Positions 12,183 through 25,289 of a stretch of 64,000 nucleotides of DNA are shown piece after piece. Under the pieces are notes generated by a model that was given only the letters and a program-made list of their open reading frames with translations, did no database searches and was not told where the DNA came from. Position numbers and translations under genes: made by a program. The first letter of the stretch is position 1; each line of letters opens with the position of its first letter. Source of the DNA: Eledone cirrhosa (taxonomy: Eukaryota); assembly GCA_964016885.1 (NCBI GenBank), contig OZ024740.1, forward strand, positions 197,284,001-197,348,000, in the 5' to 3' direction.

Positions 12183-13101
12183 ATTTTTTCCTCATCTTTT
12201 TTTCATGTGTTATCAACTAATCCGAACTCCAAGATGTTTGTTATTGACTCTCTCTTCATGGAAAACTTAGGTGGATGCACTTCTCATTTAACCCCAGAGT
12301 TTTCTCTAAGATTTTTCGTATGTTATCAACGAATATGACCTCCAAACCAGTTGGAAATGATTAGTTGTTCTAGGAAAAAGGAGGGGTAAAGTAGGTGGAA
12401 AAACCATTGTCGTTTTGTAGATATATACCCTAATGATTTTTCTTCGGTCTCCTTTTGAGTGCTATCAACTAATCTGACCTTTTAGTTGCTCTGAATCAAT
12501 TTTTTTTCTGGGATTTGGAAACTAAAACTAAATTAAACATAAAATTAAATCTAGCCCCAACCCTAAACTCTAAATCTAAACCAAACCAAGCTAAATCTAA
12601 ATATAAACATTACCCCAACCCTTAAACTAAACCCTAAACTTTACCCCAACCCTAAAACTAGACCCTAAACATTACCCCAACCCTAAAACTAAACCCTAAA
12701 CTTTACCCCAACCCTAAAACTAAACCCTAAACTTTACCCCAACCCTAAACCTAACCCAGGGAAATAAGTTGATTGGAAGCATCTAGGAGGTCAGATTAAT
12801 TAATAGCACAGGAAATATACCGAAAATGATTAAGTCCCACAACATGTGAGTGGGGTGTAGATCTGCAAAACTCTTCCCCTCTCCTCTTTCTCCAAAGCTA
12901 GTTGTTTTTGACTGGTTTGGAAGTCATATTCACTGATAACGCATGAAAATAGAATCAAAGAGAAAATTCCGAGTAAGCAGGAGTTATCTGGGTGAAGGGG
13001 GAACCACCTCACCCTGCCGTTTTCCTGGGGGGGAAAAGTCAGTTTCAAGCATCTTGGAGATTGGATTAGTTGAAAGCACATGAAAAATAGGATGAAAAAA
13101 T
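12183..13101. mobile_element. Foldback-like element with nested inverted repeats around a telomere-like 30-bp minisatellite
   Basis: 12183-12240 versus 13046-13101 and 12440-12480 versus 12788-12826 are inverted; CCCCAACCCTAAAACTAAACCCTAAACTTTA-type units at 12550-12757. Confidence 0.6.
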
Positions 13102-14329
13102 TTCACATCACACCACACCACACCACACCACACCACACCACATCACATCTCACCACATCACATCACATCTCATCTCATCTCGTCTCGTCTCGCCTCATCT
13201 CATTTCACCACGCCACACCACATTTCATCACATCACATCACATTTCACCACGCCACATCATATAACATGCCATCACACCACATGCTACCACACTACATCC
13301 CACCACACTTCACTACACCATATCCCCCACCCTACATTGAACCACACTCCACTACACCACACCACTGTCCACTACACTAAACCACACTCCACTACACTAC
13401 ACCACACCACTACACTAAACTACACTCCACTACACTACACCACATCACACCACTGTCTATTCGACTGTTTTCTATTTCATAGGTATGTCCAATTACAGTA
13501 AGAGAAAGAAAGTTATTTCAAAGGATCTGAGTAAGTAAACACTTCATTGACCATCATTTTAAGAAGAATCTCAGTGTAGTTTTAAATTGACCTTTTCATA
13601 TGATTACACCGCAGTTTTAACTTAATCACCTGTAGATGGATGCTACATGTAATGTTAAAATTAGTTAAACACTGTTTCCCCCTTCTCATCACATGTGGAT
13701 GCTACATGTGTATTGTTAACATTAATCTAACGTTGTGTCCTCCCCCCCGTCTCACCATATCATACCACACCACATCACACCATGTTGTACCACACCAGAC
13801 CACATAACACCATGCTATACCATATATATATGAGCTCCCCACTCGTTATATTAACTGTATCTCCTCGGTGTTTCGTGAAAGTCTGAGTGATCAGCTATAT
13901 ATTTGTTTACAATTTTTTTTTATATTTAGATGGAAAAGAAGAAAAAGACGACGAAGCAGACGACTAAAATAAAAATGACAACAAAGACAAAGAAGACACG
14001 GGAAACGAAGATGACGAAAAGAAGAAGAAAGTATGATCTCAGTTCAGTCTAAACCTAATGATTTATAGATATGATCTTAGTTCAGTCTTAACCTAATGAC
14101 CTGTAGATACGATCTATTTAGGTTTAACTTAAACATTCAAAGATATTTGTATATACTTTTGTTGATGTTTGACATTGTTTTTTAGTTATGAAATAGCTTA
14201 TAAGCTACATTATAGGATCACAGTGCACGAGCACACTGCTCTTTAAATTAACTTTATCTCCTCAGCACTTTGTAAAGTCTGAGAGATAGGCAACATATAT
14301 GTTTTACATTCTTTGTTTTTGGTATTTAG

Positions 14330-14602
14330 ATGGCAGAAGAGAAGATAAAGTCACAGAAGAAGTCAAAGGCACAGAAGAAAACAAAGGCACAGAAGAAGTC
14401 AAAGGCACAGAAGAAGTCAAAGGCACAGAAGAAATCAAAGGCACAGAAGAAGTCAAAGGCACAGAAGAAAACAAAAGCACAGAAGAAGACAAAGAAAATG
14501 AACAAGAAGAACAATTATTATTATTATTGTTATTATTATTTGTATTATTATAATCAAACTAAGCCACACTACATCAACCTATACCATACCACACCACACT
14601 GA
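14330..14602 (+). other. Lys-rich ORF (KKSKAQ)n encoded by an 18-bp tandem repeat; coding status uncertain
   Basis: Follows tttag|ATG; homologous modules start at 11032 and 13930. Confidence 0.3.
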
Positions 14603-14809
14603 CAAACATTATACCATACCACATTATCCAACACCACACTATGAAATACTGTATGACCTCACATCAGACCATGCTATGAAACAATATACCATACTACACT
14701 ATACAACTATAGACAACACCACACAAGACTATGAAACACTATACTTTACCACACTATATCACACCACTCAAGTTAGAGAGGATCAACTTTTTTCCTGGAA
14801 AGTAGAAAA

Positions 14810-17800
14810 CCTAACTTTAAAAATAACACTTACCCTAACACTTGCACTCACACATGCTCTAACAGTGAACTTAGCGCTAACATGAAAACTAACACAAACA
14901 CAAAATCTGAAAACTAACATTAAATAGAAAACTAACACAAACACTAACCTGAACACTAACACTAAAACTGACACTTACACTAACCTGAACACCAGCACTA
15001 AAACTAACACTACCGTAAACACTAATACAAACACTAACACTAACCTGAACACTTACACTAAAACTAACATTAGCACAAACATTAGCCTGAACACTAGCAC
15101 TAAAACTAACACTACCATAAACACTAACACTGACCTGAACACTAACACTAAAAGTAACACTAACACAAACACTAATCTGAAAACTGATACTAACCAGAAA
15201 AATAAGCTAACATTAACTTCAACATTAAAACAAACACTAACGCTAACAGAGATACTAACACAAATATTAACACAAAAACAAACACTAACACAATCTCTAA
15301 CACTAACCTCAACACTAACACTAAAACTAACATTAACTTGAACACTAACTCTAACCTGAAAACTAAGCTAACATTAACCTGAACACTAACATAAAGACTA
15401 ATGCTAACACTAACAGAAATACTAATGCTAACATTAACACAAAAACAAAGACTAATGCTAACACAATCACTAACAGTAATGGAAACATCAAACACTAATG
15501 CTAACAGAGTTACTAACACAAATATTAACACAAAAACAAATACTAACACTAACACAATCTCTAACACTAACCTTAACACTAAAACTAACACTAACATTAA
15601 CTTGAACACTAACACTAACCTGAACACTTACACTAAAACTAACATTAACCTGAACACTAACACTAAAACTAACACTAACAGAGATACTAACACAAAAACA
15701 AACACTAACACAATCTCTAACACTAAAACTAACATTAACTTGAACACTAACACTAACCTGAAAACTAAGCTAACATTAACCTGAACACTAACACAAACAC
15801 TCATGCTAACACTAACAGAAATACTAATGCTAACATTAACACAAAAACAAAGACTAACGCTAACACAATCACTAACACTAATGGAAACATCAATCACTAA
15901 TGCTAACAGAGATACTAACACAAATATTAACACAAAAACAAACACTAACACAATCTCTAACACTAACCTTAACACTAAAACTAACATTAACACTAACATA
16001 ACTTGAACACTAACACTAACCTGAACACTTACACTAAAACTAACATTAACCTAAACACTAGCACTAAAACTAACACTACCATAAACAGTAACACAAACAC
16101 TTACACTGATCTGAGCACTAACAGTAACACTAACACTACCATAAAAACTAACACTAAAAAAAACACTAACACTAAAACTGATACTAACCAGAAAACTAAG
16201 CTAACATTAACCTCAACACTAAAACAAACACTAACATTAACAGAAAAACAAAGACTAGCACTAACACTAATGGAAACACTAACACAAACATTAACATAAC
16301 ATAAAATACTAACACTAATGGAAAAAATAACACTAACACTACCGTAAACACTAAAACTGACATTAATACGAACATTAACCTGAACACTAACACTACCATA
16401 AACCACTAACCTGAGCACTAACACTAAAAGTAACACGAGCCTTAACCTGAAAACTAACACTAACCAGAAAACTAAGTCAACATTAACCTGAACACTAACA
16501 CTAACACTAACCTGAACACTAACACTAACAAAAATGCTAACACTAATACAAAATCAAATACTAATGGAAACACTAACGCCAACGCTGACACTGACGAAGA
16601 TGGCTATGCTGGCACAAACGCTAGCGCAAATGTTGACACAATCGCTTACGCTGACACAAACACTAACGTGAATACGAATGCTGGACAAAGACTCTGACGC
16701 ACACGCTGATGTAAATGCTACACAGACTCTAACGCTGACAAAGACTCTGATGCACACGCTGATGTAAATGCTACACAGACTCTAACGCTGACGTGGACAC
16801 TGACACAAATGCTCACGCTGATGCAAACACTAAAGCAAATGCAGACACTAATGCAAACACAGACGCAAATGTTGATGCAGATGTTAAAGCAAACGCAAAT
16901 GATGACGCAAACGATGACAGCGATGCTAATGTGAACCTTAACGCAGACGTAAACATTGACGTAGAAGCTAAAGGAAACACTGATGCAAACACTAATGAAA
17001 ATGCTGACGCAGACGCTAACACAGATGTTAACGTAAACACTTACGCAGATGCTAATATAAACACTGACACAGATGCTAACACACGTTGACACAGACACTA
17101 ACGTAAACGATGACGCAGACGCTAATGTAAACGATGACGTAGAAGCTAACGTAAACGCTGACACAGACGCAAATGTAAACGCTGATGCTGATATAGATGT
17201 AAATACAGACGCTGACGTAGAAGCTAACACAAACGCTGACACAGACACTAATGTAAGCGCTGACGTAGAAGCTAATGTAGATGCTGACGTAGAAGCTAAC
17301 GTAAACGATGACGTAAATGTTAACGTAGAAGCTGACGTAGAAGCTAACGGAGTTGCTGACGTAGAAGCTAACAAAACGCTGACGTAGTTGTTAACGTAGA
17401 AGCAGGCGTAGAAGTTAGCGTTTACCCTTACCGCCGAAGCTGATCTCCAAAACGCAATTGCTGATGCGGATTGCTAGAGCCAAAGCCAAAGCTAACGCTG
17501 ACGCAAATGTTGAGGCAGTTTTCTCGGTGCTGACGTGTATGCTGACGCTAACGCAAATGCGGACGCTAAGGCTAATGCTAACGCTGACGCAAATGCTGAA
17601 GTTAACGCTTACATGGGAGATGCAGACGTTGCAATGATGCGGACGCCACAGGAAAGGTTAATGGAAACGCCAATGCTAACGGAAACGCTGACATAGACGT
17701 TACGGAAACGCTGACAGACGCTAACGTAAACGCTGACACAGACGCTAACGTAAACACTGACGTTAACTGAAACGCTGATGCTGATGTAGATGTAAATACT

Positions 17801-18000
17801 GACGCTGACACAGACACGGTCGGAAACGCTGACGTAGAAGCTAACGGAAATGCTGACGAAGATGTTAAAGGAAACGCTGTCGCAAACACTAATGCTAATG
17901 TGAATGCTGATGCAGATGCTGACGCAAATGCTAACCCCTACACAAATGCAAACGCTGATGCTAACACTGACTCAAACACTAATGCAAATGCTAACGTACA
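14810..18000. repeat. 3.2-kb hexamer-based satellite grading from (AACACT)n to (GACGCT/GACGTA)n
   Basis: 6-bp periodicity throughout; higher-order duplications in 15200-16030 and near 16684-16792. Confidence 0.88.
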
Positions 18001-18498
18001 ATTCTTTGCTTAAACTTTAATCTGTTAGTTTAATAAATATTTGCTCTACGGTTCTTATATATTTGATATATATTTATCCTGATTGAGCCCTCTTTGGATG
18101 TTAGTCTTTAAATTTATTATTATTACTATTTGGCTCCCTTGATTGAGTACTCTATTGACTTATATTCATAATGCAGAAACATCTGAATATTTCTACAAAG
18201 AACATACCCGTACCAAGCAGGAAGAAATTCCTAAAACTATGTCTCCACGAACCAAAGTATCGCCTTCCTGTCTTCCTTCGGCTGCAACGTTTTTCGAAAT
18301 ATTTACTTCTGCGTTCACAGATTGATTTTTTTTTAGTTTCAGAAGATCCCATTAAGGGTGAAAGCAACCGATTCTTTGCTTAAACTTTAATCTGTTATTT
18401 TAATAAATATTTGCTCTACGGTTCTTATATAATTGATATATATTTATCCCTATTGAGCCCTCTTTGGATTTTAGTCTTCATATGTATTATTATTACTA
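18001..18498. repeat. Direct repeats of about 125 bp spaced 370 bp apart
   Basis: 18001-18128 matches 18371-18498. Confidence 0.8.
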
Positions 18499-18657
18499 TA
18501 TATATATCTGTTAGAACACGAAAAGTGTGAAACAACAGAATGTTTACTTTTCGTGTTCTAACATATATGCCTAGCTTCTTCATAAATTTTTCGGGGATAG
18601 CCATGGTGGTGGTGATCGTATGTCATTGGCTAATTTTCAACCAATCAGAGTAAGTGT

Positions 18658-18706
<49 letters not shown>

Positions 18707-20001
18707 TACTATTCCCCCTCTCTCTATATATATCTTACGCTTTCGCTTTACACTCCTCCCCTTCAATAACACATTTCCCCCTCTCTATATATCTCTTCCA
18801 CTGTTACTTACGCCTGTTTCTCTCTATCTGTTCCGTCTCTATATATATCTCTCTTACTCTTTCGCTTTGCACTCCTCCCCTTCAATACCATCTCTCCCCC
18901 TCTCTATATATTTGTTACTCTATCGCTGCACGCTCCTCTCCTTCAATATATCAATTACACACGCTTTACACTCCTTTATCCCCAGCGCCCCTATATATAC
19001 ACCCCCCTCCCGCATCTATATTTTAATGTTCCGTTGCACCGTGAATATATGTGTCTATATATATATACATATATATTGTATATACACATTCATGTATGTG
19101 TATACACACTCATGTATGTATATACACTGGTTTTATGTGTGTATTGTAAATTTGTACTGTTAAAACACGAAACTAACATTCGATTGACACTTTGATTACC
19201 TGTACAGGCAATAGTTATTAGAATGCTGTTGAAGTGTGTATATATTTTTGGGGGACATCCTGTATATACACACATTATATATAATACAATAAACAGATAA
19301 ATACACACATATATATATGAGCTTATTTAATTATAAATATTGTGAATTTTTAACTCAGTTCAATTATATATATAAATGGCTTCTACAGGACTAGAACTGT
19401 TTCATTCGAAAGAAATCATCATAATATTGAGAGGGGGGACTAGATAAAATATTTCAAATCAAATGTGTATAAGAGACGATAGTGGAGGTATATCTGTTTA
19501 GTGGAACAGTAGACGATAGAATTAAATACAGACGAGAATCTCCCTTTAATGAAACAGCAGACGATAGAATTAAGGCAATTTAAATTTTAAGCATTTGCAT
19601 TTCATCGTTACGGGGTCGATAAAATAAAGTACCAGTAATACACTGTCACTAGACGACTTTCAAATTGAATTGTTGGTTCCATTTCTTTAGTATTTTCAAT
19701 TGTAGTTATCTACTTAAAAAGCGTTACACGGTTAGAGACATAATTGGTAAGTTATATCTTCCCTATTAAACCATTGCATTATTTCGCCTACAATAGAACA
19801 AAAATGAAATGTTCTTTAAAGAAACAGGAATATAACTTTATAAAAAAAAAAGTTGCATCCGCTTCTTTTATCATTGATAATTTTTTCGTTTTAATATTAA
19901 TTGTTTTTTGTAGTTGTTTATATTAAAAATCTTACTGTAATATTTACTTAAACGAAGGCAGACATCTAAACTTATAGATTAATCTTGAGCGAAGGACTAG
20001 A

Positions 20002-20090
<89 letters not shown>

Positions 20091-20574
20091 GAAGAATGAT
20101 AAAATTTCAAGCAAAGAGTTTAATTAGGTAATGACTTACAAATTTGTTTCAGTATATAGACAAAGCCTGAAGCGCTAATTATAATAATTAGTTAATAATA
20201 TTACAAAATATATTAATATTATATTAAATATATACTGAAACAAATTTGTTTAGCAGAAAGTTTCCAGACAAGAAACACGCATATTTTGCTATCCTCAAAC
20301 ACGTTTACACATGGCATGAAATATAACTAATCCGAGATGGCTAGGTTTCATTTTCTAACTGGATAAACGAAATCCATTATGTCTTGACAACAACATGAGG
20401 TAACATTATGTTATTCACAGACACACTTTGTACACTGTTCCATATCAGAATGTATTTCCTTCGTCACATTCACAAACAGTATTGAAAATATGTTCTTCGG
20501 CAAATAAAAATGTTTTGTTCATAATATTTCAACTAGCGATTGCTCTACTCCACGCACGACCACCATAAATTAAT

Positions 20575-20760
20575 GACCAGCTCAACACAAGTATTGGTAG
20601 AGCGTCAGACACCATGCTTTGCAGTATTGTTATGGTCCTTTGCATTCTAAGTTCAAATCCTGCCGAGGTTAACTTCGACTTTCATACTTACTAATTCGAT
20701 AAAATAAAGTACCAGTAATGGACTGCCGTAATGGATTTGTGCCGAAAAATAGAAACACTA
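20575..20760 (+). mobile_element. SINE family 1, near full length and diverged
   Basis: B-box gttcaaatcc, core and tail present. Confidence 0.7.
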
Positions 20761-21313
20761 TTAATGTGCAATAAGAGCAAAATATAACGACATTGCTCAA
20801 TTATTTTATCTAATGTTGTAATAACACAAGGAAATGTTGTTTGTGTATTTTTTTTTATATTTGCTCATAGGCTTTTACAATTTCGCTCAGCCAACAACTA
20901 TTAAAAAGTGAGTTGCTTAAGATAACAATTTAATCACAAATTGTTGCTATCTTTTAATACACACCAACAAGTCATCAAATTATGTACAATAAAAACAAAT
21001 CTTATTAATTTGCCCAGGGAATATAAAGAAAATGTATATACACTGATAATTGCAATTGTATGTAAATATTTTGTATTTGTATTGTTTATTTTATGTCTTC
21101 TATTATGTATAATATATTGATTTAATATTGATTGTTTTTTGTAGTTGTTTATATTAAAAGTCTGAAAATATTTTTATACATCTTACACTAATATTTATAA
21201 GATAATTTATAATAACAATTACATAATCTAATTACATTACAACGATAATTTATTATTAATATATATCCTGTTTAACTAGAGTTATTAGAAGCGTTGCCTT
21301 AAAAAAATATTAA

Positions 21314-22270
21314 ACTAGACATGAAAAATGCGCAAGCTCAAAAGTGCCACAGAATGTTATAATAAACCTTCAAAAGTGTGGGACTAGAGTTGTTGCTAAA
21401 AAATATTGTAATCATTATATATCGTACATTCTGTTGCATCCTTTATAAAAATAGCTTAAACCAACGAAGCCTTTATTTTTACGCTATTTCACTTAGTTAA
21501 TTCTTAGAGTGTAACATATAAAAATAAATACATCTATGTTTAATGTAATAACAGCTATAAATAATTACGTAATATTATTATCATATACTCATAGTAACAA
21601 AATAATTGTGTTGAAAATTAATATGATGCTTATATGAACGATCAAATCTATAATGATAATTTCTTAAATATACTAATAGTAAAATAATTTAGTTATCTAT
21701 TGTTACATTTTCATAGAACTATAATATTAACAATCGTATTGCATTATCAAATTTTTATCACTACAAACTTTCATATTGGAATTACCTTAAGCCACTTATT
21801 ATTACTTCGCTTTCGTACTTTTACAGCTGTAGATATTGCGCTGTATCTTATATCTAATATCAATATCTCATGGTAATTTGCATGCAGTGTAAAATAGGTT
21901 TATTAATAACTTTAATATGAAATGTATTATACAGGGCTGCGGAGTCGGCTAAAAATTGACTGGCTCCAACTCAGGATCCGATACTCCATTATTTCCTAAA
22001 TTTCAGCTCCGCAGCTCTGTTATTATATTAATTAATTTATTTTATAGTTGTAAATCATATTTTTATATGTTACACTCTAAGAATTAACTAAGTGAAATAG
22101 CGTAAAAATAAAGGCTTCGTTGGTTTAAGCTATCTTTATAAAGGATGCCACAGAATGTACGATATATAATGATTACAATATTTTTTAGCAACAACTCTAG
22201 TCCCACACTTTTGAAGGTTTATTATAACATTCTGTGGCACTTTTGAGCTTGCGCATTTTTCATGTCTAGT
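21314..22270. mobile_element. Element with near-perfect terminal inverted repeats of about 213 bp
   Basis: 21314-21526 is the reverse complement of 22058-22270; termini ACTAG..CTAGT; no clear TSD. Confidence 0.8.
21932..22019. mobile_element. hAT-type MITE nested in the spacer
   Basis: TIRs CAGGGCTGCGGAG / CTCCGCAGCTCTG; 8-bp TSD gtattata/ttattata (7 of 8 match). Confidence 0.65.
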
Positions 22271-22337
22271 ATATATGTGTGTGGGTGTGTATATATTAGT
22301 TTATATATATGTGTGTGTGTATATATATATACATACA

Positions 22338-22706
22338 TATTGAGAGCATTGGCCTTGCAATCGAAATGTTGTGAGTTCAATTCTCACACTGGGTGATGTG
22401 TTGTTTCCTTGAGCAAGACACTTTATTTCACATTGCTCCAGTTTACTCAGCTGTAGAAATGAGATGATAGGACTGGGGTCCCTATCATTCCACTGCAAAG
22501 TGGTCGTGGAGGTGCCACGGCAAAAAAGCACCCAGCCCACACTGTAAAGTGGATGTGGAGGTGCCACGGGAAAAAATCACCTAGCACTCACTGTAAATGA
22601 GGTTGGTGTTAGGAAGGGCATCCAGCTGTAGAAATCAAGCCAGAATCAGTTCCCGTCCCACCCTTGCAAGCAGGGAAAAAGTGGAGGTAAAATGAAATGA
22701 TGATGA
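22338..22706 (+). mobile_element. tRNA-derived SINE family 2 with an RTE-derived 3' tail
   Basis: B-box gagttcaattc, ccttgagcaagacact body, tail shared with the RTE 3' UTR, ends in tgatgatga. Confidence 0.78.
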
Positions 22707-23025
22707 ATACTTCCAGCTGTGGTCACCCCATAGTATCAAACTAACCATGGAGCTTGAAGCTACACCAAGAAGGTTGCCACGATGAAGGAGATAAACTACT
22801 GGGAGAGTCTAAAAGAACTGAAACTCTACTCCTCGGAATAAAGACGGGAGAGATATGCAATGATATACATATGGAAAATCCTGGGGGAACTAAGACCAAA
22901 CTTTCGCATTGAGAGCTGGACTAATTCTCGAACAGGACGTCACTGTGTGGTACCAAAGGTCCCATGTTCCACATCTAGAATCAGGAGCAGCTATTACAAT
23001 AGCCTGGGGTTCAAAGGCCCTCAAC
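22707..23025 (+). mobile_element. CR1-clade LINE 3' fragment
   Basis: YWESLKELKLYS..RRERYA.IYIWKIL; same family as 38200-38760. Confidence 0.75.
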
Positions 23026-23095
23026 TTGGTTTTCAAAATTTAAAATTGTGTTTCCTATTCATCAATGCTTCAAGCAAGCTATAAAACTCTATATT

Positions 23096-23465
23096 TCATC
23101 ATCATTTTATGTCAGGTCTTCTACGCTAACATGGGTTGTCCTGTTGTGGGCAGTGTCCAATCCGCTGACCTTGTCTTGCTCATATGGGAACTGATTCTGG
23201 CTGGATGCCCTTCCTAACACCAACCTCATTTACAGTGAGTGCTGGGTGTTTTTTTGTTTTTTTTTTGCCGTGGCACCTCCACGACCACTTTGCAGTAGAA
23301 TGATAGGGACCCCAGTCCTATCATCTCATTTCTACAGCTGAGTAAACTGGAGCAATGTGAAATAAAGTGTCTTGCTCAAGGAAACAACACATCACCCGGT
23401 CCGAGAATTAAACTCACAACCTTTCAATTGCAAGCCCAATGCTCTAACCACTGAGCCATGTGCCT
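23096..23465 (-). mobile_element. SINE family 2, inverted relative to 22338-22706
   Basis: Reverse complement includes tRNA head (catggctcagtggttagagcattgg), body and RTE tail. Confidence 0.8.
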
Positions 23466-23469
23466 TCTA

Positions 23470-24210
23470 TTGTTGGCAATGTTAGGTCAGGTGACTATGT
23501 CTTGCTCATAAAGAACTGATTTTGGCTTGGTTTCTACAGCTGGATTCCCTTCCTAATGCCAAGCTCATTTACAGTGAGTACTGGGTGTTTTTTGTTGTGA
23601 TTCCTCCACGACTACTTTACAGTGTGGACTGGGTGTTTTTTACCATGTCACCATCACAACCACTTTACAGTGTTTCGGCCTGTTCTCATGAAAGATATAT
23701 TGGCGGGTGGGATGGAGTGGTGCATACTGTATGTATGTTTCAGCTTTGGCCTGGGCACGTGGGAAGTTGAGGTTTACTATTACACTTCCATCGGAGCATA
23801 CAAGCTTCATTCCTTTCTAATCTACGCAAGTCTTCTACACACAGCGCCCAGCTCTCACTACCATGCAACATTGCCGTTCATATGCACACATCATACAGTC
23901 TACCTTTTATTCTGAGGGAAAAGCCTTTTATATCCAGCTGTGGCAGTAGCTCCCTCAACTTCTTCCATCCCGTTCTTTCAGAACACCCCCCCCCCTCCGC
24001 TGCTAATTCGGTATTGTTTTTACCAAGTCCTCCCAGACTTTGATGTCACTTGTTTTCAGTGATTGTTTGCTGCTTACTGTCCTGGTGCAACTGCTACATG
24101 TAAAGCCTACATTCTTAACTAAACTTCCTGAGATCCCACTACATCTCTTGTGTACCCATAGTTTGCATATGGGGCAGAGGATGGAGTTTCTACCTACACC
24201 TCTCCTACAT
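23470..24210 (-). mobile_element. Degenerate RTE (PHD-type) fragments and 3' tail
   Basis: GVGRNSILCPICKLWVHKRCSGI in ORF 24003-24245; RTE 3' UTR motifs at 23480-23670. Confidence 0.72.
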
Positions 24211-24266
24211 AATAAGCACACACACACATATATATACACACACACTCACATATATATATATATATA

Positions 24267-25268
24267 TACTAGCCGAATTACCAGCGCCTTGCTGCGTTTC
24301 ACACATTTTTTTTGTAAGAAAATGATGATTGATTTTAAATCAGTGATATAATTTATGGAGAAAAACTCAATATTACTCAATGTAAAATATAATGCATGAA
24401 AAATTGGAAAACATCATTTTTTGTAATATATCAAATCAAAATTGCATTATTAAATCTTATTCTTATTTTGTTTCTTGTAAATAATTTTTTTTCAAAATAT
24501 CAATTGAAAACTTTTGTGAATAGGCATCATATCTTGTCATTTACCTATGGTTTAAGTTTCATATAAATCGAAAGGGAAAAGTTTTCAGTGGGGGTTTGTA
24601 CCCCCGAGGAACCCTAATAGCGGGTTTAACCACCAATAAGGTGTTTTATAGTATTGAAATTTTGTGAATAGGCATCATATCTCTTCATTTATCTATGGTT
24701 TAAATTGCATATAAATCGAACCGAAAAAATTTTCAGCGGGAATTTTGTGCCCCTTGGTGAACCCTAATAGGGGGTTTAACCCCCATTGGGGTATTGTAAT
24801 TTTATTGAAATTTGCTGAAATGATGTGAATAGGCATCATATCTTGTTGTTTACCTATGGTTTAAATTGCATATAAATCGAAGGGAAAACATTTTCAGCAG
24901 GGGTTTGTGCCACAGGTGAACCCTAATAGGGGGTTTAACCCCCATTAGGGTATTTTAATTTTATTGAAATTTGCTGAAATTTTGTGAATAGGCATCATAT
25001 CTTGTCATTTACCTATGGTTTAAATTTCATATAAATCGAAGGTAAAGTTTCAGCGGCGGTTTTGTGCCCCCAATGAACCCTTTGATTAAAATGAAATATA
25101 CTTATACAAGTACCCTGGGCAATGTAGTTTCAGAATACATATGGTTATGGGGGTCTATCTCCAAAACCATAGGAGGAGTTCGTAAAATCTTGTTCCATTT
25201 ATTGGCCAAACTTTTCACTATAGGGCGTTTAACCCCCATTAGGGTGTCTTAATATTATTGAAATTTGC
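24267..25268 (+). mobile_element. Helitron/Helentron-like non-autonomous element with an internal ~150-160-bp tandem array of about 4 units
   Basis: Starts TACTAGC..accagcgccttgctgcg; units gaataggcatcatatct..ataaatcg..accctaatagggggtttaacc. Class assignment is by resemblance only. Confidence 0.55.
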
Positions 25269-25289
25269 ACACACACACACATATATATA

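Noticed and set aside
12550-12757. Interstitial telomere
   Set aside because: A 30-bp composite unit inside an inverted-repeat element, not a (TTAGGG)n array
18507-20249. Short hairpins at 18507-18562 and 20138-20249
   Set aside because: 18-21-bp arms, probably MITE relics, with nothing else to support a function
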